This document shows, in pieces, positions 55,801 to 64,000 of a stretch of DNA of 64,000 nucleotides. This DNA is from Bugula neritina. Its lineage: Eukaryota; Animalia; Bryozoa. The DNA is taken from the NCBI GenBank assembly GCA_964035545.1, contig OZ037766.1, forward strand, positions 15,180,722 through 15,244,721, in the 5' to 3' direction. The notes beneath the pieces were generated by a model. It did no database searches, had not been told where the DNA came from, and was given only the letters and a program-made list of their open reading frames with translations. Position numbers and translations under genes: made by a program. Position 1 is the first letter of the stretch, and the number at the start of each line of letters is the position of its first letter.

Positions 55801-58800
55801 TTTATGTGATACAATTAGTAACATGTCATTTTGTGCTGCTTATTATGTATGCGCTCTCTTAATTTTATGTTATCCAAGTAGTTGGAAAATTAAAAAATGT
55901 CCTCCTGTCATTTTACGACTTAAGAAGCATGTGCTCCAAATATCACCTTGCATCAATTAGGAAGCTGGCACAAAACATTTACCGACATCAATGTGAGCTG
56001 CTGATTCTTGTATACAGTGTAACTTAACCATTCTACAACTAAATGGTTAAAGGTAGGTATATCAGTTTTTATTGACCAGAGTGGTGACAGCCAGTACACC
56101 AAATAATTTTATATCATAGCAGTCACTGTTTCATTACTCAATAAACAAATAACCACAAAAATTCTTTCAGGTTTATTTTTTCAGAAGTTGCTTTGAAGCA
56201 ATATTTTCACAATAGCTTTTGAAGCACTAAAATTCATGCCACTAAAAAAATATCTATCTTCTCGAATCTAGAAGGACAAACTGTATATTGCTTAGTTTAG
56301 ATTTATGTAGCAGCCAAACTTTGAATTTTTCAAGTTTCATCTTATTGGTGTGTTTACACGCTGGCATACAAGATTGATTTGAAATAATGGTATGATAAAA
56401 AGAGCTATGCATATTTAATATTGATCTATGTAGAGCTTTTTTCCTTCCATTGTCATGCCTTCTAGGCTAACTCTTTTGCACACATTCTTATAAGGCTGAT
56501 GATAGAATTGAATTTAATATCCTATCAGCATGTTACTTTACTAAATCATTTAGCCAGCCATATTTTTCCTCATCATATATATGTATTATAATTGCATTAT
56601 ATCTGAGGTACTACAACAACAGCAAACTGATTTAAATTGTATAATCACCTTCAAAATAAGTTCTGCTTTTGGAAACGCTAATTCCGCAATCGTTTCATCC
56701 ATAGCAGGATTATTGAAGGTTTTTGTGCAATATAGGTCAACTACCGACATTGGAGAGACCTTTGACAACTACAAAGTAATACAATCTAATTTTAGCAATG
56801 TTTGATCAACATATATTTTCTTGATTAAAAAATTTAGTTCTAATAAAATGCAAGTATGTACCTTTTGAAGCCGCTGTTTAAAAGTATTTTTGCATTGATT
56901 TGACCACCACTGAGCCAGTTGGGTATGCTCAGCAGTACAGCCAAACAAGTGTCTCCAAATCTGTAAAAATCACAAATAAGCATTAGTCAAGTGCAAAATG
57001 TGCTTCATATCATACCAATAAAAGCAATTTCTTTAGAAACAGATTAATTTAGGTAAATATTGAAGAAATGAAAATCAGTTTTGATCCAGATATATTTTAA
57101 AATATGTAAAAAATCAAACTATAAAAGTACGGAGTTCTAAAGCTATATCATATCAACAGTTTGATAAGCACAAGTATGTGAGATTTTTACACGTATTTTT
57201 CAACTTTCTAAGTGCTAAGAATTTAGACAGTTCTAATTATCTTTCTGTGTACAGGCAAAATTTATTTCAGAAGTAATTAAAATTTATTGTAAAAATACAT
57301 TTCCAACTGAAAATGACTATAAACTGCCAGTTAACTAAGAACATATCTTAATTTTTTCGGAATAGCTAACTACAAATTAAAAACATGGAAAAAGCTAAAA
57401 ACAATTGTTGGCAAATTTTTTGATACATATATAAAAATGGGAATAGACCCAAATAAAAGAGCTGTACTTTTTGCAAAAAGAGGGAGGAATAAATAACAGC
57501 TATTTAGCTTGTTTGCATAACCGGAATTTACTAACAAAAGTTTAGTGCTGTGTAATTTGGCAAAGCATAAGGGCTAAGACATAAACTTCTTTGAAGGAAA
57601 AACAAACCGCCTCAAAGAGCAAACCTTGACTGTGAAAATAACTAAGAAACACCAATAAACAGTTTTTCTCAAAGGAAGTAGGATTTAAATCCTTACCACT
57701 AGACATTACTTGTAGCCTACTTATGGTTTTATAGTATGACAAAAACAATTGACATATCAAATGACACATGGCATGGAAATAGAACTAATAAAACAATTGA
57801 CAAGAAATTTCAAACAAAATAATTTTATAAAGATAAGTAATAAAACATACCTTGAGTTCGCTATCAGTAATTGTACTCATCCAAGCATTTTGTAATTTGT
57901 TCGCTACCCGATCAGACTGCCTAACCAGATCAGCTCCGAGAACAGAGAGAGAGGCATTTTCATCCTTCATAATGATGCCTTCCATTATTAACAGGTAAAT
58001 TTGCACAGCACTAAAAAACTCATCCTTGATTGATGATGAATACTCAGGCAAGGCGTGTGATACAAGGTCTGCTGCAACCTGTATGCAGGCAGCATCTACC
58101 ACCAAAGGAGATCTAAATAAGAAAAATTAAAACAAGTAGCCTATTTAAAAGTAAATGTTATCTGAGTTTTGCAATAATTATATTGAATATATTACAGTGA
58201 ATATATTATATTGAATGATGGAAGTTGGAGTGAATTTACTTTGGTTGAAATGCCTTTAGCTTCTTCATCCAATCAAACAAACCATTCAAGAAAACAGCAA
58301 CCTAAAACACATTTTCTGAGTTTATTTTCTACAAAAAAAAACAGTTGATAGAAAATATATTACCAAGCAAACATTCTAAGTAATACTTAGCTAGCAGCTT
58401 TTTATATATTTACAGAGTGCACCCTTCAAAAGAAGCCCATGAGAATATTCTCAAATGCTATATAACATTAGTCTATTTATCATCATGCAATTCCACCATC
58501 ACTATTGATATTATTATTAGCATGTTATTTAGTTTGAACTCACTAGTTTATTTCTTTAAATTGTAACAAAGTTACATCTACTGATTTAATCATTTTGGCC
58601 ACACTATGAATCGCTTGATTTCAAAGTAGTGGCTGTTTCAATTCGACTAGATATCTATCAAGTTTATTAGTTTTTGCTCTACCTAATTTAAAATAATCTA
58701 GTATTCCTTCAATAGAAATTGAATGAGTTCCTTTCCTTTTTTTTGAGAGATGAAATATCATTTTAAAAAATGGTGAGAAATCGCTAGCTATTGGAACACG

Positions 58801-60542
58801 TTCAACTGAAAGATGCTGAGCTATACAGTTTGGTAGCTACATTCATGGCACATTGTAGCATTTCTGCATGCTATTCGAATTATAGCTATTATTTTTAGCC
58901 AAAAAGCATGATGTTTTTCAAACCTAAATTACAGCAAAAACAGCCTAAACAATGCAGACTAACTTTACTAGAACTTGATTTGATGTGAAATCGACAGCAG
59001 GCTAAAACTCCATCCAGGGGGAGGCAAGTCAGAATGTAACTCTCATCACAACCAAGTAGATTTGAGAACTGGGTATCAGTTAGCAGTGCAAGAAATGTGT
59101 ATGATAGAATGGGATCAACATTGAAGTATGGAGTGAGCCAGTTCAGCCAGTTTTTCCACTCATAGCTAAAATAAGCAAGTCAAATATTCAGTATAAGAAT
59201 ATTTAAAACAAAGAGAAGCTAAAAGAACCTTCAAAACATGAAAATCATTTTAAACCAGAGTAGCTTTTTTCATCAATCCTAATTTGTTTGCGTCTTATTT
59301 AAAACGTTTGAAAAATTTGGTTAAAAAAGTTATTAAACTTACGCTGAAGGGTAAGTCAACTTCAGTTTCTGAACATGAGAATTAATATCTTCAACACCCC
59401 ACCATTTTCTTTTATCAAAATCATCCCCACGCAGTTGCAAAGCTCCATTGTTACCATATTTTAGAACGTGTATCAGAGGAATCAACAGAATCCAGGTACC
59501 AGTATGTGCTCTTTGCATTTCAATGTCAACAATGCATCCAACCAACGAAGCTTGTAATTGACTAGAAAAATGACAACTGCAAATATGTGTTTCTGTGGAT
59601 AACCATGATTGGTATGAGAGAGAGGAATAACTAGAACAGTGCCTATACTGCATAGTTTCATATCATCATTTCACTACATGCTACAACTTGCTGTCCAAAA
59701 TTTTGTAAAGTTACATGCAGCTGTAACTGCACATGATCGGTTAAAAATTCGATACCTCTAAATAAAAACTACAAGCTTTCAAGTTGAGCTGCAATGAATA
59801 TAAGCATACCTGATGAACTTTTCATCTTTATGCAATTTAGTTAGCAAGTTTGTGACGAAAGCTTCTCTGTTGTCCAAAACAGAAGAAGTAATGTTATGAC
59901 TCAATGTAACTTCAATCAGTTGTTGTATAACATGTCCATTTCTTGAAATAGGTGATTGGTCAAAAAGTGTGTGTCTTGAAATATGCATAAGCCCAATAAG
60001 AGACGCAAATGCTGAGACCATATCTGCAGAGTTTGCCAGAATTTTATGGTCATTGTAGCAATCCCAGAAATACTCAAAAAACACCTGAAAATGATATAGT
60101 TTTCCAACAAATGGACTCAATATTATAACAGCACAACTCTAAATTTGCCAAAATAAAATTTACTAATGAAATACTTTTGAGAGAGTTAATCTCAACATAT
60201 ATCAAAACAGTTAATCATCTTCAACATATGTTACCTCTTGCACTGTTTTCTTTGCCTCTCGATATCTTGTAAAGTCATTATCTGTAACAAACTCAACAAA
60301 TTTTGAAAGGCATTGAACTTGTCTATCCAGTGCTAGCAGCACCCAATCAACCAAACTCTGAACAGATCTTCCTTGTTGAATCTCTTTCCTCCAGGCCGGC
60401 AGCATAGCACGCACACCACGCTCTTGCTCTTGAACTTTACCTTTATCACTCATACCAACAAATTCTTTAATTTTTTGTTTCGCTGATGATTCTGATTTGA
60501 GCTGCACAATGCCGTCATAGATGGTGTATTCTTTGATTTTAT
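12703..60542 (-). CDS. RNF213: E3 ubiquitin ligase RNF213 (mysterin)-like, multi-exon, 5' end outside window
   Basis: About 83 exons with phase-compatible splice sites (~14.5 kb CDS). Hallmark motifs occur in the order known for RNF213: WILLIPLIH, LTGDFS, FVDLAGSTGEDD, LNFYTTEQL, RAGVGKSL, DPTWSELR, GETGCGKT, FFDEANT, GKPGSSKS, VLDEVGLAEDS, GISNWALDPAKMNRG, FFGLRDFYS, SLYDALNQ, PIPLINRLEKH, PFSW, RING, VDPTPVLRS, FFPTM, CPNGHPY, EPFDDIS. Stop TAG at 12703-12705. Confidence 0.96.
13650..13993. mobile_element. PIF/Harbinger MITE
   Basis: ~70-bp TIRs GCCTAGGGCCACACGG... / ...CCGTGTGGCCCTAGGC with TTA TSD (13647-13649, 13994-13996). Confidence 0.88.
14491..14640. repeat. 46-bp tandem repeat (3+ copies) overlapping a splice donor
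   Basis: Unit CCTGACTGTCACCTAATACAACTGAGTGACATGTGTCAAATACCAA at 14491, 14537 and 14583, with a partial copy at 14629 inside the exon. Confidence 0.9.
17740..18040. repeat. Diverged ~150-bp tandem duplication in intron
   Basis: CATCTGTAGACTTATACACAG...AAATAAAACCACTGAGAGTTA occurs twice (~17740 and ~17890). Confidence 0.8.
18104..18210 (-). CDS. RNF213: RNF213 RZ-finger second half, alternative exon B (canonical, His-containing)
   Basis: ttttag|TGT...GATAG|gtactg, 107 nt, phase 0 to 2. Encodes CGRPWVLAKCPTCGAQIGGEQHTGAAGNQTVTATD. Confidence 0.9.
18255..18373 (-). CDS. RNF213: RNF213 RZ-finger second half, alternative exon A (variant, lacks the GGxxH His)
   Basis: ttccag|TGT...AACAG|gttagc, 119 nt, phase 0 to 2. 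Encodes CGRPVERAQCTVNGCGAYIGSTGAYNQAAAGNVNITAAN. Confidence 0.8.
18633..22039 (-). CDS. RNF213: RNF213 exons: E3 core through RZ-finger first half
   Basis: Exons 21685-22039, 21249-21505, 19915-20161, 19558-19701, 19267-19446, 18999-19101 (THFFPTMAD) and 18633-18667 (KCPNGHPYFIGD). Confidence 0.9.
20365..20965. mobile_element. Palindromic (foldback) MITE-like repeat
   Basis: Central ~100-bp hairpin at 20741-20843 (TAAACTTTAGCGCA...TGCGCTAAAGTTTA). Outer inverted blocks CAATTAGGAGTTGTGTCCTCTC / GAGAGGACGCAACTCCTAATTG. The 5' part is similar to 33467-33540 plus 34844-34960. Confidence 0.6.
22244..22420 (-). CDS. RNF213: RNF213 canonical RING finger exon
   Basis: 177 nt, phase 2-2. Encodes NCPKTCPVCDKALDSPIRLPCNHFICDGCVKEVQICSVDNCGKEIP (C3HC4 pattern) at the expected E3-module position. 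Confidence 0.92.
22590..29698 (-). CDS. RNF213: RNF213 exons: late AAA+ region, hinge and E3 back/shell
   Basis: Exons 29581-29698, 29285-29479, 29004-29146, 28528-28739, 28092-28288, 27584-27791, 26569-26695, 25720-25927, 25442-25574, 25071-25231, 24499-24705, 24213-24388, 23121-23238 and 22590-22687. Peptides AFIGYS, LLQCATGESVLRL, GGKWSCVHIDD, LPFSW. Confidence 0.88.
22744..22832. repeat. (TA)n microsatellite
   Basis: Long TA run with occasional CA units. Confidence 0.95.
30049..30252 (-). CDS. RNF213: Extra RING-like exon inserted in the RNF213 AAA+ core
   Basis: cacag|G...AACAG|gtaatt, 204 nt, phase 2-2. Encodes NVCPSSCEGCGAELTRPYKLSCQRHFIGSCCKEKIENELMERKCPVEDCGEEI. Confidence 0.82.
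30362..44741 (-). CDS. RNF213: RNF213 exons: dynein-like AAA+ ATPase core
   Basis: Exons 44635-44741, 44069-44388, 43349-43580, 43040-43171, 42832-42934, 42536-42689, 42152-42320, 41160-41219, 40851-40983, 40364-40496, 40086-40277, 39078-39204 (GETGCGKT), 38500-38616, 37583-37740 (FFDEANT), 37285-37367, 37030-37199, 36664-~36768, 36074-36256, 35431-35618, 32953-33184 (GKPGSSKS), 32633-32803 (VLDEVG), 32343-32518, 32117-32263, 31697-31936, 31164-31302, 30859-31052 and 30362-30538. Confidence 0.94.
33542..34841 (+). mobile_element. Tc1/mariner-superfamily (pogo/Fot1-like) non-autonomous element
   Basis: TIRs GGGGAGAGTAGGGATAGTTGAA / TTCAACTATCCCCACCCTCCCC flanked by TA. Internal GTTGAACCA/GGTTCAAC repeats. 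ENLIAAMKA peptide near 34185 resembles a psq-type HTH start. Confidence 0.75.
34890..35052. repeat. Inverted repeat / hairpin (~68-bp arms, ~25-nt spacer)
   Basis: ATAAGCAAGTG...AATAATTTAGG paired with CCTAAATTATT...CACTTGCTTAT. Confidence 0.8.
38700..38934. mobile_element. hAT (Charlie-like) MITE
   Basis: TIRs CAGAGGCGGGCAAC / GTTGCCCACCCCTT. 8-bp TSD CTCTAGAT / CTCCAGAT. GGCCC subterminal motifs. Confidence 0.8.
39531..39901. repeat. 31-bp minisatellite, ~12 copies
   Basis: Unit ACTAATATCTTATCTCAGTATCTAATGTATG, head-to-tail with no spacers. Confidence 0.95.
41668..42120. mobile_element. MITE with TAAAG...CTTTA termini (Kolobok/Crypton-like, family uncertain)
   Basis: 19-bp perfect TIR TAAAGTTGCGTTTATACCT / AGGTATAAACGCAACTTTA in a CTAA/TTAA context. 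Confidence 0.7.
43609..43998. repeat. Diverged ~215-bp tandem duplication in intron
   Basis: CATGAAA(G/A)GTATTACACAA..AGCAAATTTAAATAGTGCATTACAGCTA occurs at ~43612 and ~43827. Confidence 0.8.
45301..60542 (-). CDS. RNF213: RNF213 exons: N-terminal arm/stalk into start of AAA+ core
   Basis: Exons 60235-60542, 59810-60084, 59343-59561, 58964-59165, 58240-58301, 57851-58112, 56862-56960, 56649-56768, 54963-55122, 54565-54873, 54059-54334, 53616-53857, 53208-53358, 48770-48984, ~48360-48507 (donor uncertain), 48072-48236, 47588-47853, 46839-46941, 46489-46747, 46193-46328, 45995-46116 and 45301-45384. Confidence 0.86.
49256..49993 (+). CDS. LINE ORF1 protein (coiled coil plus RRM/FP25K-like C-terminus)
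   Basis: 245-aa intact ORF: heptad region, then VELNGIE, IVVKF, KIFINEVLS and YKYVWT motifs. Confidence 0.85.
   Translation: MRSTRSTKSTSEDEVTLKTLDNKLDLVLSEFSSIKSRLTAIENTQKEFEKSLEFVHQETRKNDYNISRIENSVKHVEQKLEEYKSLDERIETSEHHERAKCVELNGIEYNKDEDLMTGFDRIIKNLKMTSISTTQDIDKIYRIRQTKRIVVKFVHTNKRDTFFHTYRKSIMSTKQLGFQTDSKIFINEVLSSKQRDLFWKTRNFKKSNNYKYVWTFAQRIYLRRTPDSEAIQINDVNDLENLKCV
50044..52915 (+). CDS. LINE ORF2 (APE endonuclease plus reverse transcriptase), split by a single +1 frameshift
   Basis: APE motifs CLTETWL, GDINID, SDHLP. RT motifs NYRPISIL, QYGFR, DFSKAFD, GVPQGSVLGP, YADD. Removing one A from the A9 run at 51408-51416 joins both ORFs without stops. Confidence 0.92.
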
Positions 60543-60586
60543 CTAAAAAAGAATTATCCAAAGACTATTTTATACGCCATTAATAA

Positions 60587-60976
60587 TGTACTAGTTTTGA
60601 GGTTAGAATGCAGTTCAAGTGGGGAGCATAACTCCAGTATAGAAAGAACAAGATGAGATATTAAGCTTGAGTAGATGAATCTTTATTGTAGTATATACAG
60701 CTAACTAGAGCACTGAACTGAAACTGTTATAGTTATAGTTCAATGAGTAAGAGTAGTCTTGATCCGGTGAGCTCCAGTAGTAGACTGATTCTACTCTGTG
60801 AGCTCGACTCCTTATATACAGAAAAAAATCTTTGTTCTCATCCTGTCCAAAAATCGGAGCCCAAATATTGGAAAACCTTCCGACACCGGAACTTATTTAG
60901 ACTTTCCGACGTGATTGAATTACATAATTAAAAACAATTGCCACAAAGAAATATTCACCGGAATAAAAGCTTAACA
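60587..60976 (-). mobile_element. Solo LTR (Gypsy-like)
   Basis: TG...CA termini, 390 bp, 4-bp TSD ATAA (60583-60586, 60977-60980). On the minus strand, TATATAAGG (~60810-60818) precedes AATAAA (60682-60687). Confidence 0.65.
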
Positions 60977-61034
60977 ATAATTACAATACTTCGGCATTAG
61001 AAAGCTACCCCAAGCTTAGCTATAATTGAAGGCA

Positions 61035-64000
61035 TTTGTGTGTGTCAGCAATCCCTCGTGTGACGAGTATGATGTCTGCTTGCAAGCCCTGGTCTGTGCC
61101 GTGATCCGTTCCAGTTCAAAATCCGTAAAAATCCTACTAGAGGTGAGTTCTGAGGTGACTCACAAGCCCAATTCGAGATCGGCATAATTTGCCACAGTGA
61201 GGACAAATGTTACTAGAGTCAGTCACTGGTGGGTGTGTAACAGAGCATAACTCCCTGTTTTTCCTTAATAACCGTTTGTGCTCTCGTTTTTGGCGTTGTT
61301 GTTGTTCAAAAATCGCTGTCCCTTGATGCACAACAGTTCTCCAATTTTTGCTGTCCAAGGCCTGAACTTCCCAGGTCTGTGGTCGAATGAAACACTGCTT
61401 AAGGCTCTCGTGTAGAGTGTCTTTATACCTTTTCCTCTGACCACCCTGTGAGCGATTTCCAGTGTTCAGCTCAGAGTACATGATCATTTTTGGTAGCCGG
61501 TTAACATCCATTCTTACCACATGGCCAGACCACTTCAGTTGTCTCTTCACAATCATGCTAGTAATACTTGTAGTTTGAGCTTTATCGATGACACTGTTAG
61601 TAGTCTGCCTGTCTTGCCATTTGACTCCGAGGATTCGCCTGATAATGCGGTTGTGAAATTTCTCGAGGGACAGCAGGTTGTGGCTGTAGGTTACCCAAGT
61701 TTCAGAGGCATAAAGTAGTGTCGGGAGAACAATGGCTTTGTATACTTTTAGTTTGGTCTGTCTGTATATATCCTTGTTGTTGAAAACGCGTGTTTGCAGC
61801 CTCCCAAATGCGGAGCTGGCGGCCTGGAGTCTTCGGTTTATTTCAGCATCAATGTTTGCTTTAGAGGATAGGCAGCTACCTAAATAGTTGAAGGTAGTGA
61901 CTTGGTCTAATATTTGGTCTCCCACCTTGAGGGAAAAATCCTCATGTCTTTCAGTATTTGGGTGTGGTTGGTACATTACTTGCGTCTTCTTGGCATTGAG
62001 TGTTAGACCAAGAGAGGTGTATGCTGTATTGAATGCTGTGAGAGCAAGTTGAAGTTCCTCCTCGGAATGAGCCATGATCATGTTATCATCAGCATACTGC
62101 AGTTCATGGATAGCCTCGGTAGCTGTCTTCGTCTTAGCTCTGAGACGTCTGACATTGAAAATATCATTAAATCTATATCTGATCCTTATTCCAGATGGCA
62201 TACATCCACTCACTAGTTGAAGCACAGCAGTGAGGAAAATCGAGAACAATGTAGGTGCTATCACACATCCCTGTTTTACTCCTGTGTTCACAGGAAACTC
62301 CTTAGAGTGGTCTCAATCAACTAATACTGATGCCTTCATGTCATCATGTAAGATGCGAATAATGGTAACTAATTTGTCGGGGCATCCAATCTTGCCTAGC
62401 ACTTTCCACAGCGTTGGTCTGTGAACTGTGTCAAAGGCTTTCTTTAGATCGATGAATGCCATAAACAGATCATGGTGCTGCTCTAGGCACTTTTCTTGAA
62501 TCTGCCGAGCAGCAAAAATCATATCCACAGTTCCTCGGTAAGGTCTGAAGCCACATTGGCTCTCTGGTAGGCATCTCTCTGTCAATTGGCCAAGTCTAAA
62601 ACTAACTATTCTCGTCAGAAGCTTTCCGGCAATGAATAGCAGAGAGATACCCCTATAGTTTCCACAATCGGCTCTGTTACCCTTCTTGTAAAGAGTTACA
62701 ATATTAGCATCCTTCGGATCAGGATGAAGTGATTCTTTTTCCCAAATCAGCTGAAAGAGTTCCAGCAATTTTCTGTTCAGTTCTAGCCCACCACCTTTAA
62801 AAATCTCTCCAGGTATTCCATCCGGTCCGGCAGCTTTTCCTGACTTAGTCATGGATAATGCTTTCTCAAGTTCGTCAATCGTTGGGGGTTCGGCTAGGTG
62901 GGTCAGTATTGACAGTTGTGGCAGACATTCTAAGGTCTTCTCATCCACCATAGTGTCTTGGTTAAGCAGCTCTGAGAAATGTTCAGCCCATCTGCCCTTG
63001 ATCTCATCTTTCTCCTTATGTATTGTGGAACCATTTTTGGAAGCTATTGACATCCTCCGAAAATTGGGCCATACAATCTCTTCGTAGCGGAAAAGAACTC
63101 TTTGCTACTGTTTGTCTCAGCAAGTCTCTGAAGTTCCTCAGATTTTCGGATCCACCAGTCATTTTTTATTGTCCTTATTCTCGCCTGTACTTTCCCTCTC
63201 ATTTTATGATAATGCTCCCTTTTTTCCACATTTCTATAGTCTTGGTGCCATAAGCTGAAGGCATGGCGTCTCTCCCTCATGAGCTCGTTTATTTCTTGTT
63301 CGTTGTCATCAAACCAATCTTCATGTTTTCGTTCTGGTTTACCCAGGGTTGAGTGGCATGTTTTCAAGATCGAATCTCTCAGAGCTTCCCAGCTGCCATG
63401 AGTAGAATTTATGTCAATATCTTGGATATTCTCTGTGAGCTCACTTTGGAAGCTCTGCTTTATTTCTGGCTGGTTGAGCAGCGAGATTTATTTTTGCCTG
63501 CTTTCTTTTCCTGTTCATTTGTTTTGGATGAATACATATGTTCATCTTTGCCAGAATCAGTCGATGGTCTGTCCAGCAAGCATTAGATAGGTCCATAGCT
63601 CGGGTTATACGCACATCCTGCACATCCCGTTGTTTGACAATGATGTAGTCGATAAGGTGCCAGTGGCCAGATCTGGGATGTCTCCATGAGGTCTTGCGTC
63701 GGTCTTTCTGTCTAAAAAGAGTGTTTGTGATTGCCAAGGAGTGTTCAGCACGTTTGGTGAGCAGCATTTCCCCATTGCTATTTAGCTTCCCAATCCCATT
63801 TTTACCAATTATCTTTTTCCACACATGGTGATCTTTTCCAACCCGAGCATTAAAATCTCCAAGGACCATGATTTTCGCACTCTTGGGGATCCCTGATAGA
63901 ACCATATCTAGATTGGAGTAGAACTGCTCCTTTTCCTGATGATCAGCAAGCAATGTCGGCGCATATGCTGAGATCAATGTTGCTTTCCTGTTGCGGCGTA
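61035..64000 (-). mobile_element. RTE-clade (BovB-like) LINE, frameshifted, truncated by window end
   Basis: APE (ISAYAPT, LGDFNARVG, WRHPRSGHWHLIDY, WTDH), RT (GNYRGISLL, QCGFR, DLKKAFD, GVKQGC, YADD) and C-terminal CPHCGK..SRIGLVSHLRTH. Frame breaks at ~63400, ~63050 and ~62300. RTE-type 3' end with a CA-rich tail near 61037. Confidence 0.93.

Noticed and set aside
12685-60931. Numerous short plus-strand ORFs overlapping RNF213
   Set aside because: They are antisense shadows of exons or chance intronic frames with no motifs.

Overview
AT-rich, intron-rich animal (invertebrate-like) genomic DNA. Most of the window (12703..60542, minus strand) holds the 3' part of a giant RNF213/mysterin-like gene. 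I read about 83 exons (roughly 4,850 codons) by hand; the 5' exons lie beyond the window end. The exons encode stalk, dynein-like AAA+ core with intact Walker A/B motifs, E3 module with RING, RZ finger and C-terminal domain. Two features of the gene stand out. (1) A tandem pair of phase-identical exons only 44 nt apart encodes alternative second halves of the RZ finger, one keeping and one lacking the catalytic His; they look mutually exclusive. (2) A second, skippable RING-like exon resembling the canonical RING exon sits inside the AAA+ core. Introns carry a near-intact L2/CR1-group LINE, a degraded RTE LINE, a solo LTR, several MITEs and a minisatellite. The first ~7.5 kb is transposon debris. 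It includes a four-level nest (LINE < long-TIR ISL2EU-like element < CACTA-like MITE < solo LTR) with readable target-site duplications, plus Penelope and Gypsy remnants. All calls come from reading the sequence and recalled family motifs; no searches were run.
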